Both the position numbers and the translations under genes were made by a program. 64,000 nt of DNA from positions 12,535 to 76,534 of the forward strand of contig WQVH01000003.1 in assembly GCA_009781695.1 (NCBI GenBank), written 5' to 3'. Under the pieces are notes generated by a model. It worked only from the letters and a program-made list of their open reading frames with translations, did no database searches and had not been told where the DNA came from. Below, piece after piece: positions 47,212-54,637 of this stretch (the first letter of the stretch is position 1; each line of letters begins with the position of its first letter). Source of the DNA: Oscillospiraceae bacterium. GTDB lineage: Bacteria; Bacillota; Clostridia; Oscillospirales; Oscillospiraceae.

Positions 47212-48090
47212 CTATTCAATATTTTGTGCTTGTTCTCGAATTTTTTCTATTTCGGCTTTCAGATCGACAACAACTCTAGCCATTTTGACATCATTACCCT
47301 TAGAGCCAATGGTGTTTGCTTCCCTGTTAAATTCCTGAACAAGGAAATCAATCTTTCTTCCAATAGGTTCGCGGCTTCGCAGCATCTCCCTCAGCCCAGA
47401 AATATGGCTGCGCAGCCTGACTGTTTCTTCATTTATGGCTACGCGATCAGCAAAAATTGCAGCCTCAGTAAGTATGCGCGCCTCGTCAATATCGGTTGTT
47501 TGCAGAATCTCCTGCATGCGCAGTTCTAATTTCTTGCGATATTCAGCAACACTCTTTGGTGACTGCTCCTCAATGAGCATTAAATGCTGCTCGATCTGAT
47601 CCAGTCTTTCTGATATATCTGAGCAAAGCGTCCCGCCCTCTCTCATGCGCATCTCATTAAAACCTAAAAGCGCCTCTTCTAGCGTTGCAGAAACATCAGC
47701 ACACAATTGCTCAGCATTTGCTTCTTTTTTTTCGGCACGCAATACATCCGGAAAACGTGTCAAATCCATTGCGCTGACCCTACCACCTAAATCATACTCC
47801 TCAGACATACTGCGCAAAATAGAGATATAGCCCTCTACCAGCGGACGATTCAGTTTGATTTCCACATCATCGGCACTTGACGAATCAATGGAAACAAAAA
47901 CATCGACCTTGCCGCGTGATATATACTTAGACACCAAAGACTTAAGTGGCTCTTCAAGTGCGATGTAGACGCGCGGGATTTTTATTGAGCAATCTAAATA
48001 TCGACTATTTACACTCTTAATTTCTACAGATAGTTCCAATTTTTCTGACGTGCCTTTTGCACCGCCATAACCGGTCATACTTTTTATCAT
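47212..48090 (-). CDS. YicC/YloC-family stress-induced protein (endoribonuclease family)
   Basis: N-terminus MIKSMTGYG and a C-terminal DUF1732-like helix (EFNREANTIGSK). Conserved position upstream of remA-gmk. Confidence 0.9.
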   Translation of the reverse strand: MIKSMTGYGGAKGTSEKLELSVEIKSVNSRYLDCSIKIPRVYIALEEPLKSLVSKYISRGKVDVFVSIDSSSADDVEIKLNRPLVEGYISILRSMSEEYDLGGRVSAMDLTRFPDVLRAEKKEANAEQLCADVSATLEEALLGFNEMRMREGGTLCSDISERLDQIEQHLMLIEEQSPKSVAEYRKKLELRMQEILQTTDIDEARILTEAAIFADRVAINEETVRLRSHISGLREMLRSREPIGRKIDFLVQEFNREANTIGSKGNDVKMARVVVDLKAEIEKIREQAQNIE

Positions 48091-48159
48091 ATGTTTATGT
48101 ATCCTTTACTAATATACTGCATCACGCTTTACCAGCTAATTCGTTTACGCTATAACTGG

Positions 48160-48681
48160 TTACTTCGAAAATGGAGCGCGAGATATTCTATTGATGTAAA
48201 ACCAAATAAGTTTTGAAAACCCATAATCAAATAAAACAAAAATCACATTGCCACCAACATATATCAGCAGCACAGGAATCATATCACCGACAATCCCGGT
48301 CACCAGCTCCCTCATGAGCAACCAAATACCTGTTAGCGCTGCATTAAAGACTGCTAATTTTAATATCCACTGAAACGCTGTGCCGCTCATCCGCTCGACA
48401 AGACTCTTGACTATGGGATAGTAACCAAAAAAAGCAATGAAAAGAAGCGGTGCTGCCCTATTTGGTAATATAAGCATACCGATCAGTGCGCTGACAACAA
48501 ATACGGATAACCCGGAACCAATACCGGACTCAATCACCGCCGCAGCAACAAATAAAGAAGCCGCCGCAACCAGCCCCGCCTGACCTGTAGGTAAAATTGA
48601 TGCAAAATAAAGTGAAACAACAGTCAGCGCCACAAAGAGCGCCGACAATGTAATCTTTTTGGTCTTCTTATTCATATACAT
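48160..48681 (-). CDS. small polytopic membrane protein, unknown function (ECF S-component-like is a guess)
   Basis: 173 aa with about 5 predicted TM helices. Basic N-terminus KKTKKITLSALFVALTVV. The start overlaps the J-protein stop (TAATG at 48679-48683). Confidence 0.6.
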   Translation of the reverse strand: MYMNKKTKKITLSALFVALTVVSLYFASILPTGQAGLVAAASLFVAAAVIESGIGSGLSVFVVSALIGMLILPNRAAPLLFIAFFGYYPIVKSLVERMSGTAFQWILKLAVFNAALTGIWLLMRELVTGIVGDMIPVLLIYVGGNVIFVLFDYGFSKLIWFYINRISRAPFSK

Positions 48682-49274
48682 TAACTACATCTACAGCACA
48701 TGTTCATGCAAAGCATGGCTGTGCAACAATCGCAAGCATCACAACCTTGACCTGCTACCGGTTGATGTCCATGACCATATGATCTATAGGCATGTCCGCC
48801 CTGACTCATAAATGCAAGCGCCTGTCTGTACTCAGAATTGCCGGGTTCCATGTTTGACGCTGTCCTAAAGTAATTTAACGCATCATCGAGCCAGCCTTTG
48901 CGATAGTAAAGACTGCCCATGAGAAAATTCCATTCGGCATTTCTGACAGGAAAATGACTCAGCAGCTGCTCAGCATATTGCAAATCTCCGGAATTTATGG
49001 CTACTCTTACCTTTTGACCTTCGGCTGAGCCGCTTGATGTGCCGGAATTCCCACCGCCGGGGCGATAATTTCCACCGCCACCACCCTCGCGCATCTTAGT
49101 GACTGCATCATATGCTTCATTGACTTCTTTCATCTTCTCTTGAGCCAAATCCGAAAGCGGATTGTCGTGGTAATTATCAGGGTGATATTTACGCACGAGA
49201 TCACGATAGGCTTTTTTCACTTCATCGTCAGTTGCACTTGGGGAAACTCCAAGGATTTTGTAAGGATCGGTCAT
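48681..49274 (-). CDS. J-domain protein with Gly-rich linker, TPR-like segment and Cys-rich C-terminal tail
   Basis: J domain [32 protein letters not shown] contains the HPD motif. [15 protein letters not shown] linker. TPR-like [31 protein letters not shown]. Tail [20 protein letters not shown]. Confidence 0.85.
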   Translation of the reverse strand: MTDPYKILGVSPSATDDEVKKAYRDLVRKYHPDNYHDNPLSDLAQEKMKEVNEAYDAVTKMREGGGGGNYRPGGGNSGTSSGSAEGQKVRVAINSGDLQYAEQLLSHFPVRNAEWNFLMGSLYYRKGWLDDALNYFRTASNMEPGNSEYRQALAFMSQGGHAYRSYGHGHQPVAGQGCDACDCCTAMLCMNMCCRCS

Positions 49275-49291
49275 ATACTTCGTCCATTCTT

Positions 49292-50173
49292 TTATATATT
49301 ATGATTTCCCTTTTTGGGAGGCCATTTTCCATTAAAAACGCGGGTGCATGCATCGGGCATACCGAGATATATTATATTTTCGACAATCTGTGACCATGGA
49401 TTATGCGGCAAAAGCTCAAAAGCCGAGGACAGCAGATTATTCGAATGGGTCAGCGTTACATTCAGTCTCAAGACCGCCTCTTGCGGAAGCTTGCTGCACG
49501 AATCAGGCTGATATAACAATGCCACGGGATTATAATTTCCGGATTTGATATCTTTTTTGTAATCATCACAGGCATCCATTATGTATATCCAGCGGCCTGT
49601 GTGGTAAAGTAATTCACCCATGGGGCGGCGCATCTTTTCAGGTATATCATGGTCTGCTATCGCTTTGAGGATGCTTGCAAACTTGTCTGCGATCTCGTCA
49701 AGTGAGGGGGTTTTCTGAGATTCATGCGCTGCCATATCGCTCAGTGCATTTCCGGCTTGACGGTCGAATTCGGGTTGGTTCAGAGCCGCTTTTTTATATG
49801 CCTTGCGCAAAATAAGCGCGCCTATTCTATAAGGAACAGAGCGAAAAAAGGTCTCATCAGCAATAGAATCTTTGAGCTTTAACCATGTGAGTATTACAGA
49901 ATATCCGGCACACTGATCCAGTGCAGCATTTCCGGCGCAATATTTTTTTTTCTTGCATGGACTGGCGATACAGCGCCCATGTTTTATTTTGATCGCGTCG
50001 TCTTCATCCCATAGGAGCATAGACAAAAACACGAGTTCGTAATTTAGAATGAATCTTGAGGCCAAGCCATAATTTTTACCCAAGGCATGACATAAACCGC
50101 AGTAACAGGCTTTAAAGCGCTCAAGTTCCCTCACCTTGAGTTCCCCTTGCAGAGGCCGAATGTATCCAAACAT
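49292..50173 (-). CDS. uncharacterised Cys-rich protein (resembles the Firmicutes family I recall as DUF5685; not verifiable here)
   Basis: 293 aa. N-terminus [24 protein letters not shown], plus [18 protein letters not shown]. The start overlaps the cdaR stop (TAATG at 50171-50175). Confidence 0.6.
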   Translation of the reverse strand: MFGYIRPLQGELKVRELERFKACYCGLCHALGKNYGLASRFILNYELVFLSMLLWDEDDAIKIKHGRCIASPCKKKKYCAGNAALDQCAGYSVILTWLKLKDSIADETFFRSVPYRIGALILRKAYKKAALNQPEFDRQAGNALSDMAAHESQKTPSLDEIADKFASILKAIADHDIPEKMRRPMGELLYHTGRWIYIMDACDDYKKDIKSGNYNPVALLYQPDSCSKLPQEAVLRLNVTLTHSNNLLSSAFELLPHNPWSQIVENIIYLGMPDACTRVFNGKWPPKKGNHNI

Positions 50174-51432
50174 TATGTCACTTCTGGGAGAATTCGAATA
50201 GAAATTGCATATTCTCCGACTGCCCCAACATCCGCATCAATTCCATCGATATATACTCTTGCCGGAACTCTGTGGCGGCCTACGCCGAGATCCCTGAGGT
50301 CCACAACCAGCCTGATATTGGCCTCTGTAATATATTCAAGATCTTCTGTTCGTCCGCGCAATCTCACCTCAACATGACTCGGTATGATTTGCACGACATA
50401 ACCGGGTGGTGCATTGATGTAGAACAGATGATCTACCTGAAAATCTTCCCAGTCAATATTCAGTACATCGACCCGCACAGTTGCCGTTTGTTCTCCGGAT
50501 TCAGATGATATTTGCGGGGGTAAGATAATGGGCATGGAGACTGTCGCTATGTTGGTAAAACTCGTCATATTGATCACACCCAATGGGGGCAGATTGAAAT
50601 CTCGCAAAGCCTCCGGATCACCCGAAACTGTAATGAATTGCGGGGTGATTGACACCAATGTATTTTCATCGGACGAACCTGCCCCATGACTGATATTGAC
50701 GTGCAATGGAATATCCTTGACTTGCCTGATCTGAATTGTTACGCGAACGGTATCTAAAGATGTCGTCAAAGCATCCAGCTCATTTTCGCTCAATTCATAT
50801 CCATAAATGTCCACAAAGTAGAATTCCAGATCGTCAACATAGGTGGTTTCCAAATTTTCTACGATGATCGGAACATGGATAAAATCAATTCTGGAGAGTA
50901 GTTCTTCAGGGCCTTCTACAGTGATTGACTGAGGCTCAAATACAGGCGGCATTGCGATGAGGTCTTCGCCAGCGGTACCGCCGGTATATTCGACCCGAAC
51001 GGGGATCGATCTGGCTGATAATCTGTCAATCGTCAGTGATACCCCTTGGACGCTTCTGTCGGTTATGGATATGGCGTTTTGATTGACACCGGCAGGAAAT
51101 ATAATGGTATAATCCATAAAAATTTGTGCCGGACGTGTGATGTTCGCCAGATTGATATTTACAGAAACTGTGGCATTGTTGAGCTGTGAGATAATGTTCC
51201 GCGGCGCTTCAAAGGTCAGCGACAACTCTTGAGGTTGGGTTTCAGATATCAGCAAGCCTCTGTCACGCAAGATTTCACGATTGCTGAATTCAATCGGAAT
51301 GTTGTGAATGGTCTCTGTCAGCATTTCGTTTTCGGTGATCTCCACATACATCCACAATGCAATCGCCGCAAGCAAAGAAAATATGATAAAAAATAGCTTG
51401 CTGGAGAATATTTTACTTAAAAGTCTGCGCAT
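50173..51432 (-). CDS. cdaR: YbbR-domain protein CdaR (regulator of diadenylate cyclase CdaA)
   Basis: N-terminal TM segment followed by repeated YbbR-like beta modules. Lies immediately downstream of cdaA and is translationally coupled to it (TAATG at 51430-51434). Confidence 0.88.
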   Translation of the reverse strand: MRRLLSKIFSSKLFFIIFSLLAAIALWMYVEITENEMLTETIHNIPIEFSNREILRDRGLLISETQPQELSLTFEAPRNIISQLNNATVSVNINLANITRPAQIFMDYTIIFPAGVNQNAISITDRSVQGVSLTIDRLSARSIPVRVEYTGGTAGEDLIAMPPVFEPQSITVEGPEELLSRIDFIHVPIIVENLETTYVDDLEFYFVDIYGYELSENELDALTTSLDTVRVTIQIRQVKDIPLHVNISHGAGSSDENTLVSITPQFITVSGDPEALRDFNLPPLGVINMTSFTNIATVSMPIILPPQISSESGEQTATVRVDVLNIDWEDFQVDHLFYINAPPGYVVQIIPSHVEVRLRGRTEDLEYITEANIRLVVDLRDLGVGRHRVPARVYIDGIDADVGAVGEYAISIRILPEVT

Positions 51433-52301
51433 TATTTATTCTCCTTTACCTTTGGTTTGCGAGATTCATCGGGCTTATCAGGCTTCGCACTGGTGTCTGA
51501 TGTCAGTTCTTTTCGCAGTATCTTGTCAACAGTATCCTTAGACAGGTGGCGCTTGAGCATACCGTCAATGGCGATGGACACTGTTCCGGATTCTTCTGAA
51601 ACAATGACTACTACGGCATCAGAGCGCTCACTGATGCCGACTCCGGCTCTATGTCTCATGCCGAGATCACGGTTGAGGTTGATATTATTAGACAGAGGGA
51701 GCATGCATGCCGCCGCCAATAGTCTGCCTTCGCGAATGATGAGTGCGCCATCATGAAGGGGTGAGTTGTGATAAAATATACTCTCTATTAATCCGGAAGA
51801 GGCCGAGGCATCAATTGCTGTGCCGGTCACGGCAAAGTCATTGAGTCCGACTTCTCTTTCGAAGACAATAATGGCACCTGTATTGCTTTTGGCCATGACT
51901 GCGCTGGCCGATACGACGCTGTCTATTCCGGATTCGATATTTTCATATTTATTTCGTCTGGCAAACAATAGATTGATTTTACTGGTGCCCATGCGTTCAA
52001 ACATTTTTCTGATCTCGGGTTGAAATAAGATAATAAGTAAGAGCACGCCCATCTGAACGGCCTGCCGCAACAGGTAGCTCAAGACGGTCATATTGAACAG
52101 GTTAGAGACCACTGCGACTGCAACAACAAAAACAATCCCTTTCATCACACTGCTTGCACTGGTCTTTTGCATGAATGTAAGGATTTTGTAGATGATGAAT
52201 GTAATAATGAGGATGTCTATGACATCCCAAATTAAAACCGTGTTTTGCAGTGATATAATCAGCCCGAATACTAATTGATATATCTCTCTGATTGTTTCCA
52301 T
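51432..52301 (-). CDS. cdaA: membrane-bound diadenylate cyclase CdaA (DacA)
   Basis: Three N-terminal TM helices. DAC domain with DGALII and GMRHRAGVGISE (DGA/RHR motifs). Confidence 0.95.
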   Translation of the reverse strand: METIREIYQLVFGLIISLQNTVLIWDVIDILIITFIIYKILTFMQKTSASSVMKGIVFVVAVAVVSNLFNMTVLSYLLRQAVQMGVLLLIILFQPEIRKMFERMGTSKINLLFARRNKYENIESGIDSVVSASAVMAKSNTGAIIVFEREVGLNDFAVTGTAIDASASSGLIESIFYHNSPLHDGALIIREGRLLAAACMLPLSNNINLNRDLGMRHRAGVGISERSDAVVVIVSEESGTVSIAIDGMLKRHLSKDTVDKILRKELTSDTSAKPDKPDESRKPKVKENK

Positions 52302-52336
52302 GTGAAGTCCTCTGCGTGTTCATTTATTTCCATGTC

Positions 52337-52365
52337 AGTATACAATAAAAACGCTCGATTGACAA
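52337..52365 (-). promoter_or_regulatory. near-consensus sigma-A promoter for cdaA
   Basis: On the minus strand: TTGTCA (52365-52360), 17-nt spacer, TATACT (52342-52337). RBS AGAGGA lies 6 nt before the cdaA ATG. Confidence 0.6.
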
Positions 52366-52398
52366 TGTAATTATTTGGAAGTTAATGTTCATCAAAAG

Positions 52399-52872
52399 TC
52401 AAACCTGCTCAAGCAACACCACAGCATGTGCCGAGACACCATCACCCGATCCAGTGAATCCGAGCTTTTCTTCTGTCGTGGCTTTGACACTGATTTTTGA
52501 TACATCCACATCAATTGTCAAAGCGATTTTGTTACGCATATCTTCTATAAATGAAGCAATGCGCGGCGATTGCAAGACTACGGTGATATCCGCATTGCCC
52601 AATGTATAACCCCGCTGATGGACTAAACTATAAATATGCTTTAAGAGCTGCACACTATCAGCATCTTGCCATTGCACATCTGAATCCGGAAAATGCATCC
52701 CGATATCTCCCATGGCAAGTGCTCCGAGCATTGCGTCCATCAGTGCATGAAGGGCGACATCTGCGTCGGAATGTCCGTCCGGCCCAAAATCACATGGGAT
52801 TTCAACGCCGCAGAGGATAAATTTTCGCCCGCTTTTGAGGCGATGCACATCATAACCTAAACCAATTCTCAT
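52399..52872 (-). CDS. ispF: 2-C-methyl-D-erythritol 2,4-cyclodiphosphate synthase
   Basis: MRIGLGYDVHRL and GHSDADV motifs. 157 aa. Confidence 0.96.
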   Translation of the reverse strand: MRIGLGYDVHRLKSGRKFILCGVEIPCDFGPDGHSDADVALHALMDAMLGALAMGDIGMHFPDSDVQWQDADSVQLLKHIYSLVHQRGYTLGNADITVVLQSPRIASFIEDMRNKIALTIDVDVSKISVKATTEEKLGFTGSGDGVSAHAVVLLEQV

Positions 52873-52878
52873 CTTGCT

Positions 52879-53637
52879 TCACTCTTTTCCAATTCGCCGG
52901 AGCATCTGCTGCGCAATAATCGCCTCTGCCACCACAACATCTTCACCGGTGGTCAGTTTGATGTTGTTTCGTGATCCTTGGGTCACATGCACCGGTACAC
53001 CCATCAGTTCAGCGGCCATACAATCATCGGTGATATCCGGCGCATCTTTTTTGGCCTTGGTCAGTGCACCTTTTATCAAGTCCGCATTGAATACCTGAGG
53101 GGTCTGTATTTCAATCAAATCACTTCTATCCATCGTCTCTGTGACGATATTTCTGTTTACTTTTTTAATGGTAGAGCTGACGGGGATACCCGGAGCCACA
53201 GCTTGACGTTTGCGCGCTCTGAGAATCGTTCTTTCAATAATGCGCTCATCAATACATGGTCTTGCCCCATCGTGAATCGCAACGAGTTCAGTCTTCCATG
53301 AGACTGCAAATACACCATTCATTACAGATTCCAGTCTGGTCGCGCCGCCCGCCATGATTTTTGTTGCTTTGGTAATATGGTAATTCGCACAGAGTCTTGC
53401 AACCGATTCTATGCTTTCTTTACGTGTGACAATAATGATTTCATCAATCAACGCACAACGCTCAAAGACCATCAGCGTGTGCGCCAGTACCGGAATATCA
53501 CTGATCTTGATAAAGAGCTTATCTTGACCATCCATACGCGCAGATGAGCCGGCCGCAGCAATGACGGCTGTGGTGTAAGGGGCTGCGCCCAGAAGTTTAA
53601 GTAAAATTCTCGAAAATAATGACATGCTCATGTCCAT
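52879..53637 (-). CDS. ispD: 2-C-methyl-D-erythritol 4-phosphate cytidylyltransferase
   Basis: VIAAAGSSARM (AAGxGxRM-type loop) and AIHDGARP motifs. Conserved ispD-ispF pair. Confidence 0.94.
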   Translation of the reverse strand: MDMSMSLFSRILLKLLGAAPYTTAVIAAAGSSARMDGQDKLFIKISDIPVLAHTLMVFERCALIDEIIIVTRKESIESVARLCANYHITKATKIMAGGATRLESVMNGVFAVSWKTELVAIHDGARPCIDERIIERTILRARKRQAVAPGIPVSSTIKKVNRNIVTETMDRSDLIEIQTPQVFNADLIKGALTKAKKDAPDITDDCMAAELMGVPVHVTQGSRNNIKLTTGEDVVVAEAIIAQQMLRRIGKE

Positions 53638-53754
53638 TCCTTTCGTATTGACAAGGGGTTAGGCGATGCAGGGCAAAAAGCTTTACAGTTCAGTGGGTAT
53701 CTGAACCGTAACAAAAAACCGGTGGGATTTCGACGCTCTACAGCTAAACAAACT

Positions 53755-53775
53755 GCGGAGGTCAGAAACCTCCGC
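53755..53775 (-). terminator. hairpin terminator after carD
   Basis: GCGGAGGT-(5-nt loop)-ACCTCCGC lies 19 nt after the carD stop. It is followed on the minus strand by AGTTTGTTT. Confidence 0.6.
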
Positions 53776-53793
53776 TACAAATTTATTTAACTC

Positions 53794-54270
53794 CTAAGCG
53801 AGTGATGCATTGATGCGCGATTCTACCTCTTCATATGAAAGTTTTTTTGAAAGAACGATCTCTGAAATGAGTATCTGCTTCGCTGAATGCAACATCTTTC
53901 GCTCACCTGTTGAAAGTCCCTTTTCAACATCTCTTGACATCAGTCCTTTGACCACACGCGCTACTTCTAGGAGATTTCCGCTTTTTAGTCTTTGCATATT
54001 TTCGCGATATCTTCTGTTCCAGTTGGAAGTCATCTCTGCATCAATGCTCGGTATCGACTCCATCAGCTCATCCGCTTCAATCGAGCCCACAATGGGTCTG
54101 ACCCCGATCTGCTCGGTGCTCTCGGTCGGTATCATAACGACCATTCCACCAGCGGGCATCTTGAGAATATAATACCGCCGGATACAACCGTTCATCTTGC
54201 GTTCTTCAATGCTGTCTATGACTCCTGCGCCGTGCATGGGATGTGCTATCATATCGCCAATACTAAACAT
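53794..54270 (-). CDS. carD: CarD/CdnL-family RNA polymerase-binding transcription factor
   Basis: N-terminal Tudor-like MFSIGDMIAHPMHGAGVI..YYILK and a helical C-domain. carD-ispD-ispF order is as in other Gram-positives. Confidence 0.93.
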   Translation of the reverse strand: MFSIGDMIAHPMHGAGVIDSIEERKMNGCIRRYYILKMPAGGMVVMIPTESTEQIGVRPIVGSIEADELMESIPSIDAEMTSNWNRRYRENMQRLKSGNLLEVARVVKGLMSRDVEKGLSTGERKMLHSAKQILISEIVLSKKLSYEEVESRINASLA

Positions 54271-54419
54271 TAATTCAATCTCTCCCGTACGTCAGGCAAT
54301 GTTCTTGACACCTCACTTTTACACGCTAGCACATTGCCGCAACAAATTTTCACGAGGAAACAAGCGACGATTTCGCAACAAACGTCCGTAACCAAATCAA
54401 AAACTTCCCCATTTACTCC

Positions 54420-54448
54420 AGTATAACCGTTTTTACGCCAAACCGCAA
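54420..54448 (-). promoter_or_regulatory. candidate promoter for carD
   Basis: On the minus strand: TTGCGG (54448-54443), 17-nt spacer, TATACT (54425-54420). This implies a leader of about 140 nt. Confidence 0.45.
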
Positions 54449-54637
54449 GTGTTTACATAATATTTCTTAATAAAAATATGTTATTGATTTATTCTGTCTC
54501 ATAAATTAGAGATAAGAAAAGATTCTTCAGGTGATAAACACACTGACCCATGAGATAAATCCTCAGTCACTTGCGCGTCATCAACGAAGAATCTTTATTG
54601 ATCTTATAACACCCTAATACGTGGCTACAGCAAAGAC

